A stretch of 64,000 bases of DNA from Sedimentisphaerales bacterium (GTDB taxonomy: Bacteria; Planctomycetota; Phycisphaerae; Sedimentisphaerales; SM23-30), in contig CAXXMR010000012.1 of the NCBI GenBank assembly GCA_963663805.2, positions 448,001-512,000 of the forward strand, read 5' to 3'. The notes below the pieces were generated by a model. That model saw only the letters and a program-made list of their open reading frames with translations. It did not search any database and was not told the DNA's origin. Position numbers and translations under genes: made by a program. Positions 39,718-49,476 of the stretch are shown here, one piece after another; positions within the stretch are counted from its first letter, which is position 1; every line of letters begins with the position of its first letter.

Positions 39718-40074
39718 TTATTCTTCAACAACCGCTCGGCTTTCCATAAAGTCAATGGCTGCTTCAGCAGCTCCGGTTTTGCCCTTATGGTTGCGAGTTT
39801 TTTCTTTATACTGGGTCAACTGTCTTTCGATTTTATCCAGGGCGGTATCAACACAGGCATAAGCGTCTTGTTCCAATTGATTTACGACAAATCTCTGATG
39901 ATTGTCCACCTTTACAATGATTTCTATTTTCTGGTTTTTTCCCTCTTCATCTATGACGACCTCAACATCAGAAATTCGGTTGTGATGCTTGCTTAGTCTG
40001 GCGATTTTTTTCTCGATGTAACTCCGCATAGCTTCGGTAACTTCCATGTGCCGTCCTGTAATTGTCGTAATCAC
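39718..40074 (-). CDS. hpf: Ribosome hibernation promoting factor (short HPF/RaiA)
   Basis: ITGRHMEVTEAMRSYIEKKI..., DAYACVD.ALDKIERQL; GTG start after SD AAAGGAG. Confidence 0.93.
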   Translation of the reverse strand: MITTITGRHMEVTEAMRSYIEKKIARLSKHHNRISDVEVVIDEEGKNQKIEIIVKVDNHQRFVVNQLEQDAYACVDTALDKIERQLTQYKEKTRNHKGKTGAAEAAIDFMESRAVVEE

Positions 40075-40138
40075 TGTTGAAGCTCCTTTCGAAAACAAAG
40101 GTTTATGCTGAGGCCGAAGGCCTTAATAATTCACATAA

Positions 40139-40981
40139 TCATTTATCAATATTCAACTTAACTTCTTTTGCCAATTCCATCTGTCCTCCGGGCAGGGCTT
40201 GTCTTTCGGGCACAATCACCCCACCACTGACCGCAAAGCGCAGGGCCTCATCAATTGTTATCGGCAAATCGATGACATCAGTATCCTTAACTGTTATGAC
40301 ATATCCAGTAAAAGGCGTGGGGGAACTGGGAATAAATACGGTTATCATGGTCTGTTCGGTTTTTTGGGCAAGCTCCTTAAATCCGGCACCTGTTACTAAG
40401 CCTATGGACCATATATCTTTACGTGGATATTCCACAGAAACAACCCTTGAGAAAGAAATTTTATTCCCTCCGAAAAGAAAATCCGTGACCTGTTTGATAT
40501 GCGGATATACTTGTTTGATAAGGGGTAATTTATGTATTCCTAACTCGAAGAGGGCCCATAACTTACGTCCTATATAGCTGGCGAGTACCCTGCCGACGAA
40601 ATATACCAGCAGGATAGCCAGCAGGAACCCTATAAGAGAACTATATCCGTGATGCCAGGCCTGGCGTAACTTCCATGATTTCATGGAGTTAAGCTGCTGT
40701 CCGGTGAGTTTTGTTTCGGGTGAAATATTGTTTTTTTCGCGGTATTGTTCTTCTTCTTCGAGCGAGATTTGGGGGTAATCGAGCTGGGGATAGTTGTTAA
40801 GTACTAGTACGGAAACCCTTATGGCTCCTTCGTTTATATAATAGCTGATATTTTCCTGGATAAATTCGTAGCACTTGAAGAGCAGAACGATTGTAAGTAC
40901 TGTGGGCAGCAGGGTTGCCAGACCTCTGATGAAGAAGAGTCGGAAATTCGGCAATAGGCCCTTATTGGAATGTCTGGTCAT
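40139..40981 (-). CDS. DUF502 membrane protein
   Basis: FFIRGL..LLP..LT, LPLIKQVY..IKQV, VEYPR, VFIPSSPTPFTGY. Confidence 0.92.
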   Translation of the reverse strand: MTRHSNKGLLPNFRLFFIRGLATLLPTVLTIVLLFKCYEFIQENISYYINEGAIRVSVLVLNNYPQLDYPQISLEEEEQYREKNNISPETKLTGQQLNSMKSWKLRQAWHHGYSSLIGFLLAILLVYFVGRVLASYIGRKLWALFELGIHKLPLIKQVYPHIKQVTDFLFGGNKISFSRVVSVEYPRKDIWSIGLVTGAGFKELAQKTEQTMITVFIPSSPTPFTGYVITVKDTDVIDLPITIDEALRFAVSGGVIVPERQALPGGQMELAKEVKLNIDK

Positions 40982-41260
40982 GGCTATGGGTCTTTACCGG
41001 CTTTTTTAGAGCGATAAGTTATTGTTTCTCAAAAACTTGCGTGTTTACAGGGCACAAGTCACACTCCATAGTATTCTAGGCAAATTCCGGTTGGTGGTCA
41101 AGATTAAGAATTTTTGGGGACATGAAAACTCTGTAAAACAGGCGTTTTTTCGGCGCGATAATGCCTGAACAGCCGTTTTTTTGACGTTTTTTTTCGATTT
41201 TTGGGGCTTTTTTTGGTTTTTTGGAGAAAAAAAGAGGTTTTTTAACGTGAAAAATGTGTA

Positions 41261-41288
41261 TTGACGTGAGATGGGAGGGGCTCATAAT
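41261..41288 (+). promoter_or_regulatory. Putative sigma70 promoter of the ABC operon
   Basis: TTGACG, 16 bp spacer, CATAAT, preceded by A/T tracts (UP-element-like). Confidence 0.5.
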
Positions 41289-41398
41289 AGGTAGCCGACT
41301 GGGTGGGGGAGTCGATTTGTACCTTAGTATATATAGTGATAACTGGACTTGGGCATTATCGGGTCGCCTTTGGTTAGGGTCGGATTCGGTATAGCTGG

Positions 41399-42130
41399 AT
41401 GGAGACTTCTGCTATGATCGAAGTTAAGGAGCTGCGTCGGAGTTTTGGGCCGATAGTGGCGGTGGACGGTATTTCTTTTAAGGTCGGCAAGGGTGAAGTT
41501 CTGGGGTTCCTGGGGCCCAACGGGGCGGGTAAAAGTACGGCGATGAAAATGCTGGCTTGCTTCCTGGCGCCTGACAGTGGGACGGCTGTGGTTTGCGGGC
41601 ATGACATTGTCAAAGACCCGGTGGGGGTGCGGAAATCTCTGGGCTATCTGGCGGAGAATGCGCCGGCTTATGAGGAGATGACGGTGGGTTCGTTTTTGAA
41701 CTTTATCTGCGACGCGCGGGAGATTGCGGGCAAGGCCCGGCGGGAGGGGATTGACCGGGTGGTTCGGCTTTGTTCGATTGATTCGGTGTATCATCAGACG
41801 ATTGAAACCCTATCGAAAGGTTATCGCCGTCGGGTGGGGCTGGCTCAGGCTTTGATACATGACCCGGATGTCCTGATTCTGGATGAGCCGACCGATGGTC
41901 TGGACCCGAACCAGAAACACGAGGTACGTCAGTTGATAAATAAGATGGCGGCGGAGAAATGCATTATTATCTCGACACATATTCTGGAAGAGGTCGAGGC
42001 AATCTGTACGCGGACGATAATCGTGGCGGCGGGTAAGGTTCTGGCAGACTCTACGCCGGCGGCATTGAAAGAGAAATATGGGTGCAGCCTGGATGAGGTA
42101 TTCCGGAAGATAACTGTGAAGAAGGCATGA
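41399..42130 (+). CDS. ABC transporter ATP-binding subunit (GldA-like)
   Basis: GPNGAGKST, LSKGYRRRVGLA, LILDEPTDGLDP, ISTH. Confidence 0.95.
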   Translation: METSAMIEVKELRRSFGPIVAVDGISFKVGKGEVLGFLGPNGAGKSTAMKMLACFLAPDSGTAVVCGHDIVKDPVGVRKSLGYLAENAPAYEEMTVGSFLNFICDAREIAGKARREGIDRVVRLCSIDSVYHQTIETLSKGYRRRVGLAQALIHDPDVLILDEPTDGLDPNQKHEVRQLINKMAAEKCIIISTHILEEVEAICTRTIIVAAGKVLADSTPAALKEKYGCSLDEVFRKITVKKA

Positions 42131-42249
42131 GGCAAGAGTGAACGGCCTGGTTCGACCTTCGGTCGGAGTATTTTATTTTAACGACACCACTTACTTACGT
42201 GCGTGGCTCTGATAGACAAAAAAGACAAGAATATTTGAATAGGAGTTTA

Positions 42250-42984
42250 ATGATGAATGGTTTTTGGGCGGTATGCAAGCGAGAGCTTAAAGGGTATTTC
42301 GCTACTCCGGTGGCGTATGTGTTTTTGGTTATGTTTTTATTTTTCTCAGGGTATCTAACATTCAAAGGTCGGTTTTTTGAGAATCGTCAGGCGGATATGC
42401 TGGCGTTTTTCGCTAATATGCCGCTGTTGTTTGTTTTTCTGGTGCCGTGTACGGCGATGCGTTTGTGGTCGGAAGAGCGCAAAAGCGGTTCTATTGAATT
42501 GCTTTTGACGCTGCCGATAACGGTTCGTCAGGCGGTGTTGGGTAAATTTGTGGCGGCGTGGATATTTCTGGGGCTGGCGTTGGCGCTTACGTTTCCGATG
42601 CCTTTAACGGTAGAGTATCTGGGTGACCCGGACTGGGGGATGATCGTTACGGGTTACCTGGGCAGTTTTCTGATGGCAGGTGCTTATCTGGCGGTGGGGT
42701 GTTTCTTCTCGGCGTTGAGTAAGAATCAGGTGGTAAGTTTTATTCTGGCGGTGGTGGCTTGTGCGGTGCTGATGTATGTGGGCTGGCCGAGCACGATCAA
42801 TACGCTGGCGGCGGTTATGCCGATGGGCGTGGTAAAAGCGTTGGCGGACTTGAGTTTCCAGACGCATTTTGAATCTATTCAGCGGGGAGTATTGGAATTT
42901 AAGGATATATCTTTCTTTGTACTGCTGATTGCCGGCTGGGTGGCGGGGTGCTGTGTTATTTTGGAAGAAAGGAAGGCGGCCTGA
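42250..42984 (+). CDS. ABC-2 permease (GldF-like)
   Basis: KRELKGYFATPVAYVF, MRLWSEERKSGSIELLLTLP, VLGKF; SD AGGAG. Confidence 0.92.
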   Translation: MMNGFWAVCKRELKGYFATPVAYVFLVMFLFFSGYLTFKGRFFENRQADMLAFFANMPLLFVFLVPCTAMRLWSEERKSGSIELLLTLPITVRQAVLGKFVAAWIFLGLALALTFPMPLTVEYLGDPDWGMIVTGYLGSFLMAGAYLAVGCFFSALSKNQVVSFILAVVACAVLMYVGWPSTINTLAAVMPMGVVKALADLSFQTHFESIQRGVLEFKDISFFVLLIAGWVAGCCVILEERKAA

Positions 42985-44942
42985 TGAACAGAACAATACG
43001 AGCGATTATCGCGGTTATTTTTATCGGTGTGATTATGGTCAGCGCTATCAGTATTTGTCATAACCTAGGCAGAGACTGGCGGGCGGATGTTACGGACCAG
43101 AAGATTTACACATTAAGCGACGGTACGAAAGCGGTATTGGGCAAGCTGAATCAGCCGATTAAATTGAAGTTGTATTACGCGGCGACGGCGGCAACGAAAG
43201 CTCCGGACCAGATTCGTTTTTTCAATAACTATTATAGTTTTGTACATGACCTTTTGACAGAATATGAAAAGGCGGGCATGGGCAATGTTAAGTTGGAAGT
43301 GATTGACCCGCGGCCTTTCTCGGATAATGAGTCAGACGCTTTGCGTTATGGTCTGAAGAAATTTCCGGTAACGCAGGAAGAAAATTTCTTTTTCGGTCTG
43401 ACGGTTCAGACTCAGTTCGGCGTGACCAAGACGATACCGTTTTTTACGCCGGACCGTCAGAATTTTGTGGAGTATGACATCAGCTATCTGATTGATACGG
43501 CGATTCAGCGGGAGAAGAAGCGTATCGGCGTTTTGAGTTCGCTGCCGGTGACGGGTGATGATGTGAGTGGTTATATGGCACAGATGATGCAGATGCAGGG
43601 CCAGCAGCCCAAGCCGGCGTGGGGTTTTGTGGATTTGCTGAAGGACCAGTATGAGGTTAGCAAAGTTGAGGCTGACGCTGACAAAATCGAAGATATTGAT
43701 TTGCTTTTGGTGGTGCATCCCAAGGGACTGTCGGAACAGACTCAGCTGGCGATAGACCAGTTTGTTTTGGGCGGGGGCAGGACGGTTGTGATGGTTGACC
43801 CGCATTGCCTCGCGGACCAACCGGACCCGCAAGGGCGGATGCAGGGTCAGATGCCGGAGAGCAATTCGTCACTGGATACGCTGTTGCAGGCTTGGGGTTT
43901 GACGATGCCGGAGATGACGTTCGCGGGCGACCGGTCGATGTCGGTTTATGCTCAGACGAATCCGAATGCCAGTCCGGAAAAGATAATTGGCTATCTGAAC
44001 GTGACCAACGAAGGGATGAGCCATGATGAAGCCATGACGGCGGATTTGAATTCGGTGCGGGTGCTGTTTAGCGGGGTACTGAAGGCTGAGGCGAAGGACG
44101 GCGTGCAGATGATTCCGCTGCTGAGTACGACTAATCGCGGCAACTCGTTTAAGATTGACAGTCCTTATGAGCTGATGGGGCTTAACCCGAAGATGCTGAT
44201 GGATAAATTCAGCGACGGAAGCGAGCCGGTGAATATGGCTTATATGGTGACGGGCAAGCTGAGTACGGCTTTTCCGGAGGGGATTGATGTTGAAGTCAAA
44301 GCTGAGGAAGGTGCGGAACCTGAAAGTGAAGGTAAGTCCGCGGCAGCCAAGACCGAGCATGTGAACCCGGAGATTACCGAAGGTGCCGATTGTGCGGTGG
44401 TGGTATTTGCTGACGTTGATTTTATCAGTGACATGCTGGCGTTCCAGAACACATTTTTCGGCAAGGCGACGGCAGGTGATAATTCGGCGTTGCTGGTGAA
44501 CGCCATTGAAGAGATGAGCGGTTCGAGTGATTTAATCGCGATTCGTTCGCGGGGTAATTTCCAGCGGCCTTTCGATTTGGTAGATGAAATCGAGCGTAAG
44601 GCTGAGGAGAAGACCCAGGAAAAGGTTAGCAAATTACAGGCGGCTATCGAGGGTTTTCAGAATGAACTTAATGAATTGGTTCAGAAGGCCGGGGCTCAGG
44701 CGTTGCGTGAGCCAGCGACCATCGAGAAGCAGCGGCAGCTGGAGCTAAAAATTCGGGACGCCCAGCGGGAAGAACGTCAGATTCAGAACCGTCAGCGGGA
44801 AGATATTGAGCAATTGGGTTCTTTTTTGCGTAATGTGAATATGCTGGCGGCACCGGCGGTTATTCTGCTGGCGGCGATTGTTCTGGCGTTGCGGCGGGGC
44901 ACGAGACGGCGGCGTTATATCAGTCATTCCAGTGACGCTTGA
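42984..44942 (+). CDS. GldG-family ABC auxiliary protein
   Basis: DVTDQKIYTLS.GT, IDPRPFSD.E..A..YGL, EYDI, IDQFVLGGG..VV.VDP, C-terminal coiled coil and TM. Confidence 0.9.
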   Translation: MNRTIRAIIAVIFIGVIMVSAISICHNLGRDWRADVTDQKIYTLSDGTKAVLGKLNQPIKLKLYYAATAATKAPDQIRFFNNYYSFVHDLLTEYEKAGMGNVKLEVIDPRPFSDNESDALRYGLKKFPVTQEENFFFGLTVQTQFGVTKTIPFFTPDRQNFVEYDISYLIDTAIQREKKRIGVLSSLPVTGDDVSGYMAQMMQMQGQQPKPAWGFVDLLKDQYEVSKVEADADKIEDIDLLLVVHPKGLSEQTQLAIDQFVLGGGRTVVMVDPHCLADQPDPQGRMQGQMPESNSSLDTLLQAWGLTMPEMTFAGDRSMSVYAQTNPNASPEKIIGYLNVTNEGMSHDEAMTADLNSVRVLFSGVLKAEAKDGVQMIPLLSTTNRGNSFKIDSPYELMGLNPKMLMDKFSDGSEPVNMAYMVTGKLSTAFPEGIDVEVKAEEGAEPESEGKSAAAKTEHVNPEITEGADCAVVVFADVDFISDMLAFQNTFFGKATAGDNSALLVNAIEEMSGSSDLIAIRSRGNFQRPFDLVDEIERKAEEKTQEKVSKLQAAIEGFQNELNELVQKAGAQALREPATIEKQRQLELKIRDAQREERQIQNRQREDIEQLGSFLRNVNMLAAPAVILLAAIVLALRRGTRRRRYISHSSDA

Positions 44943-44967
44943 AGATTAACAACGAAACGGAATTTTA

Positions 44968-44992
44968 AACCGCGGATTACGCGGATTTTTAA
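44968..44992 (+). repeat. Dispersed intergenic repeat B, copy 2
   Basis: Identical 25-mer to 15677-15701. Confidence 0.85.
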
Positions 44993-45208
44993 CGGTTAAG
45001 AATTTTAGCTGGAGTTTTGCAAAAGGATAATTTGGCATACTTTTTATCAGAAAAAAGACGCTACGCTGTTTTTTCTGCTTTTACGCTTTTTGTCGTAAGT
45101 TTTTTACATTTAAGAATTTAATGCAATTTGATTTGCTTTCAGATTCGGGTCAAAAATCAAATTTTAAGTTACAGGTTTTAATAAAAATAATAAACCGGGA
45201 GTTTTGTT

Positions 45209-46414
45209 ATGAAAAATAGTAAGTTATTTTTGTTGGGTTTGGTCGCGGCGGCGATGGTGATTTGGGCGGTGGTGCAGGACCGCATTGCTGAGAGTCAGAA
45301 TCAGCCGGTGAGTGGGGGCGGTCATTTGATTCAGGGGCTGGACACTGCGTTGATTGACAGCATTGCTATTAGTGCCGGGGACAGTAAGGTTACGCTCAAG
45401 CGGCAGGGTGACGGTTTTGTGGTTGTGGAGAAGGGTGATTATCCGGCTGATATTGAACAGATTAACAAGTTGATAAACAAGCTGCTGGATATTAAGACGA
45501 CCGAAGTGGTGACCGAGAACGCGGACAATCACGCGGACCTGGGCGTTACGGAAGACAAGGCCAAGGCGGTAGTTAAATTTATGAACGGCGAGGGCGAGCT
45601 TATCGGTTCGGCGATTATCGGCGGGATGTCGGATACCGTTCGGGGCAGTTATGTGCGGCGGGCGGATTCGGATGTGGTTTATCTTTCGGAGAATACGCCG
45701 TGGCTGCGTACGTCGCCTTTGGAATATACGGTTCAGAAGCTGGTGGGTATTGAGAGCGATAAAATCAAGCGGGTCAAGGTCAGCGGGGTGGATGGTGAGT
45801 ATAATCTAACTAAAGACGACTCGGATAAAGTTGGGCTGGATAAGGTTCCGTCGGGCAAGCAGGTTAAGCAGAATGAGCTTAATAGTGTATTCAATGCGAT
45901 GGGAAATGTTTCGTTCAGCGATGTCAAGAAGGAGTCTGAGGCTGAGGGGATGAACTTCAATCGCAAGTATGTCTGTCAGTTGAAGGATTCGACGGTGTAT
46001 CGTTTTGAACTGGCTGAGGCGGGCGGGAAGTATTATGCCAAATGCTCAGCGGACTTTACAGATAAGAGTCAGGTGATGAAAGAGAACCGCAAGGAAAGCG
46101 AAGAAGAACTCAAGGAAAAAGAAGCGAAGCTGCTGGCGCGTGAGGGGGCTGAGAAATTTACGGCTGAGCATGAAGGGTGGGTTTATGAGTTGGCGGAATA
46201 TCAGGCTAAGAAGCTGATGAAGAAAGTTGATGAGCTGGTGGAAGATATTCCTCAGCCGGAACCAGCGGAAGAAAAAGCCGTTGAGGATAAGCCTGTTGAA
46301 CCGGCGGCGACAAAAGTGGAACCTGTTGAACCGGCGGCGATAAAATCGGTTGAGGTAAAGCCTGAAACGGAGACGCCGGCTGCACCTGCGGCAGAGCCTG
46401 CCAAACAGCAATAA
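45209..46414 (+). CDS. DUF4340-domain protein
   Basis: N-terminal anchor, 'YPAD...I..L', 'DLG', 'G.YVRRA....VYL'; usual fourth gene of GldAFG-like operons; Pro/Glu/Ala-rich tail. Confidence 0.85.
   Translation: MKNSKLFLLGLVAAAMVIWAVVQDRIAESQNQPVSGGGHLIQGLDTALIDSIAISAGDSKVTLKRQGDGFVVVEKGDYPADIEQINKLINKLLDIKTTEVVTENADNHADLGVTEDKAKAVVKFMNGEGELIGSAIIGGMSDTVRGSYVRRADSDVVYLSENTPWLRTSPLEYTVQKLVGIESDKIKRVKVSGVDGEYNLTKDDSDKVGLDKVPSGKQVKQNELNSVFNAMGNVSFSDVKKESEAEGMNFNRKYVCQLKDSTVYRFELAEAGGKYYAKCSADFTDKSQVMKENRKESEEELKEKEAKLLAREGAEKFTAEHEGWVYELAEYQAKKLMKKVDELVEDIPQPEPAEEKAVEDKPVEPAATKVEPVEPAAIKSVEVKPETETPAAPAAEPAKQQ
46292..46340 (+). repeat. Intragenic direct repeat (19 bp, 30-bp period) encoding PVEPAA twice
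   Basis: CCTGTTGAACCGGCGGCGA at 46292-46310 and 46322-46340. Confidence 0.85.
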
Positions 46415-46471
46415 GGCCTGTAGGACAATTCAGTGTCAACCGGACTGTTAAAGGTGCGGTATTAAAAGGGA

Positions 46472-48052
46472 CTATATGTCCCTTTTATTTTTGAGGTGCT
46501 GGTTGAGCAGATGCTGGAAAAGTTGGGGGTTGGCGGTGGTTACGAAGGTGCGGGCGAGCAGGTCGCCGGGTCGCTGGCGGCGTTTGGTGAAGATGGTGAT
46601 TATGAGAATCAGCAGCTGGACCTGGGGATGGAGTTCGACGGCGCGGGCGAGGTTGCGGATGAGGGCCTGGGGTCGTTTGATGGGGGTGATGTCCTCGGTT
46701 ATGACGACGAGTCGCATAATCATTTTGCCGGGCGAGGTGCCCAGCAGTGATTCGATGATGGTCAGGTAGACCGTTATGCCGAGCGAGGCGACGAAGCCAA
46801 CGGTGGTGAGCAGGGGCAGATATTGCAAGTATAGTTCGGGGTCGGTGAAGAGGTTTTCTGCGGGCAGTTGCTGCTGAAGGTCGGGGAAAACCAGCGACAT
46901 GGTCAGTGAGGACGCGGGGAATGCGTCGATGACGAATGCCAGGAGCCGGCGGAACAGGGGTGCGGGCTTGACGAAATCGGGGAGGGGGTTTTGCGGATTG
47001 AAGGCGTTGCGGCGTTTGATGATGATGACGGCCATGCAAATCGCCATGAGTATACCGCCGGCGGTGGGGCCGAGCAGGAAAAGAGGGACGATTTCTTCGG
47101 TGGTGGCTAATAAGGTGATAGGATTTGTCAGCGGCTGAGCGAGTTTGCCATCGGCGGTATAGGAGCCGGTGACGATTTCGTATTCGTTTTTTGCCTGGAA
47201 GGCGGTGATAGTCTGGTCCCAGGCGGTAAAAGCCAGGGCGTGGGCAGGAGCGATTAGCTGGGTATTTAGTTTTAGTTCAAGGGGTGCCGATCGGAGCAGA
47301 TTTTTATTTTCAAAAGTCGCCAGAGTAAACTCACATTTATCGTCCGGGCCGGCAGCGATAATCAGGGCGGGCTGATGGTTCAGGGTAAGGGCGGTGATTG
47401 TCTGAGTGTTTTCAATTGTGAATATCAGAGGGTCGGAAATTTTATCGGGTGTGATAATGAAATATTTGATTTGGTTCTGGTCGTCGAGGCCAAAGAGGTG
47501 TACAGTTTTTTCGGTGGCGGAGATGGTAATTTTTTGCAGATTGGGCAGAGTATTCCGGCGGAACGGCTGGTAAGCCTGATGCTCGGTTCGGTTGAGCAGG
47601 ATTGTCTGTTGGGGTTGAAGCTCCAAAGTGCCGTCGGTGCTGGTTAAAGTAACTGGTTGTTCGGCCCGCACGAGGGTGTAGATGTTATCCTTATAGGCAG
47701 CGGCGGCAAGGGTGGTGAGGTTGGCGGGCAAGGGTGGTTCACTGCGGGGGGTGGTGTGCAGGCCGTAACTGCGTTGGGAGTTTTGGAAGAAAATGTGGAG
47801 TCGGTTTTGGGCAGCGGTGAGGGCGAGCGGTTGACCGGGCAAGGTCTGATTGGGGATGAAATGGGTGCCAGCCTGGGGGCGATAGTAGATTTTGAAACTG
47901 GAACCGGCGTCGTTCTGCTGAGTTAATACGCAATAAACCCCCTGCTGGTCCGCGGCGGCGGCAAGCTGATAATCGGCATATAATTGGGGACAGGTTACAA
48001 ACAAACTAATCAGTGTTAATATAATGGTACGAACGGGTACGATAATTTTCAT
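46472..48052 (-). CDS. RDD-family membrane protein with a large exported N-terminal domain
   Basis: RRLLAFVID, GTSPGKMIMRLVV, ALIRN..R, RQRPGDLLARTFV; N-terminal signal peptide; ATGA overlap with the upstream gene. Confidence 0.88.
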   Translation of the reverse strand: MKIIVPVRTIILTLISLFVTCPQLYADYQLAAAADQQGVYCVLTQQNDAGSSFKIYYRPQAGTHFIPNQTLPGQPLALTAAQNRLHIFFQNSQRSYGLHTTPRSEPPLPANLTTLAAAAYKDNIYTLVRAEQPVTLTSTDGTLELQPQQTILLNRTEHQAYQPFRRNTLPNLQKITISATEKTVHLFGLDDQNQIKYFIITPDKISDPLIFTIENTQTITALTLNHQPALIIAAGPDDKCEFTLATFENKNLLRSAPLELKLNTQLIAPAHALAFTAWDQTITAFQAKNEYEIVTGSYTADGKLAQPLTNPITLLATTEEIVPLFLLGPTAGGILMAICMAVIIIKRRNAFNPQNPLPDFVKPAPLFRRLLAFVIDAFPASSLTMSLVFPDLQQQLPAENLFTDPELYLQYLPLLTTVGFVASLGITVYLTIIESLLGTSPGKMIMRLVVITEDITPIKRPQALIRNLARAVELHPQVQLLILIITIFTKRRQRPGDLLARTFVTTANPQLFQHLLNQHLKNKRDI

Positions 48053-48915
48053 GGTTGGCATTTTTCATCGAGTTGGAGGAATGAATCTACATCGGGTACT
48101 TGTTCAGGACGTTCAAATAATGGTTGGCGGCGTTCGGGGGTGGAGTCTTCTTTGAGGGCCCGAAGTTTGAGGTTAAGTTGGGATTGTTTGTCGGACAGTT
48201 GAAAACTTATGTCGGTGGGTATCTGAGCGTTTCCGAGGGGAAGGTAATTTTTTATTTCCGTATGCAGAACCACGTTACCTTCGGCGTCGAAGATATTCAT
48301 CGAGCTGGGCAGATGCGAACCGCGGGGGAAAATAATTTCGTGGGCGAGTTGCAGTTGGTCTGGGGTGATGTAGACATATTCGATGATGGACTCGGTGGGT
48401 GTGATTCGATAGACCGGCTGATAGTCGGAGCTGGGTGCGGGGTTGAGCAAGCCCAGGAAACGCAGGAAATCGTGCGGGTGAATAATCGGCCTGATGGAAC
48501 AGGGCTGGTCAATGTTGGCGAATGTGCCCCAGGCACCGGAATGGGCAGCGCGGGAATAGATAAAAAATTCATCCTGGTTGGCACCGATGACGAAGGCACG
48601 AGTTAAGAAAGCGGTGTCAGCCTGTAAATATAACCGCGGGTTTTGGTCGGGGGTTGTGGAGGGCTGATAGAACATTTTGCCGCTGAGGTCTTTGTGGGAA
48701 TGTTGACGGTCAGTTTTGGGGTCGTACCATTTCGCGTACCATTTATCGAGCGAGGCCTTGAAGGCTGGAATCGCAGCGATGTTGGCCTGATACGCCTGGA
48801 TGGTGTCATCGAGGGTCAACGGTTCGGGCGAGACAATGGGTCGCTGGGTTTTGGGGCAGCCTGCCAGAAAAATCGGACTGATAGTTATAAGAATGATAAT
48901 CAGGCGACGGGTCAT
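48049..48915 (-). CDS. Hypothetical lipoprotein
   Basis: MTRR, hydrophobic core and lipobox LAGC. Confidence 0.8.
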   Translation of the reverse strand: MTRRLIIILITISPIFLAGCPKTQRPIVSPEPLTLDDTIQAYQANIAAIPAFKASLDKWYAKWYDPKTDRQHSHKDLSGKMFYQPSTTPDQNPRLYLQADTAFLTRAFVIGANQDEFFIYSRAAHSGAWGTFANIDQPCSIRPIIHPHDFLRFLGLLNPAPSSDYQPVYRITPTESIIEYVYITPDQLQLAHEIIFPRGSHLPSSMNIFDAEGNVVLHTEIKNYLPLGNAQIPTDISFQLSDKQSQLNLKLRALKEDSTPERRQPLFERPEQVPDVDSFLQLDEKCQP

Positions 48916-49404
48916 TTAGAATTCTCCGTGGAGGATGGCTGAGAGTTCCTGAGAGACCTGTTCTATTTGTTCATCGTTGAGCTGAGGATTTTCGACTTTG
49001 TGGGTATCGGTTTCGCGGACAAAACGCATGACCCAAATTTCCTTGTTGTCCTGGCGGAGGGTGTCTTCGTATTTAAGTTTTCTTTTACGCATGAGGATAA
49101 GGGCTAATACGAAACGGAAGTTTACTTTTAGCTGGTCGGTTTCCTGAGCGAGTCGTTCGAAGAAATTAATCAGGACACTGTCATCAACGAAAAGTTTTTT
49201 CTTTTCGTTGGGTTGCGGAATAATGGTTTTCCAGAAGCTGTAAACTTCGGGTTTGTTCTGGTCCCAATACTCGATGGAGAAATCTTTGCGTTCAAAACCT
49301 GTGGGGGTATCAATGAGCGCGGCGTAATATTCCTGGCCCGGTTCCAGCGGTTGGCCGCTGCCGGCACAAACTCCGGCGGTTCTTTCTACTTTCCATTGTT
49401 CCAT
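48916..49404 (-). CDS. Hypothetical protein
   Basis: Operonic ORF abutting its neighbour; 'RFVLALILMRKRKLK' motif. Confidence 0.8.
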   Translation of the reverse strand: MEQWKVERTAGVCAGSGQPLEPGQEYYAALIDTPTGFERKDFSIEYWDQNKPEVYSFWKTIIPQPNEKKKLFVDDSVLINFFERLAQETDQLKVNFRFVLALILMRKRKLKYEDTLRQDNKEIWVMRFVRETDTHKVENPQLNDEQIEQVSQELSAILHGEF

Positions 49405-49476
49405 TTTGGCTTATCCGTAGTTGTAGTTTATGTTGCCTGTTTCAAGTTGGTATGAGAACGGTTTACGCTAGATTTG

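Noticed and set aside
41239..41254. parS-like TTTTTAACGTGAAAAA
   Set aside because: Three mismatches to consensus within a low-complexity A/T tract.
42131..42249. GGTTCGA and small hairpin suggesting a tRNA
   Set aside because: No cloverleaf or acceptor stem; only a CGACC-TTC-GGTCG hairpin.
44943..45208. AT-rich spacer considered as oriC, CRISPR leader or ncRNA
   Set aside because: No DnaA-box cluster, repeat-spacer array or stable fold; only repeat B is supported.
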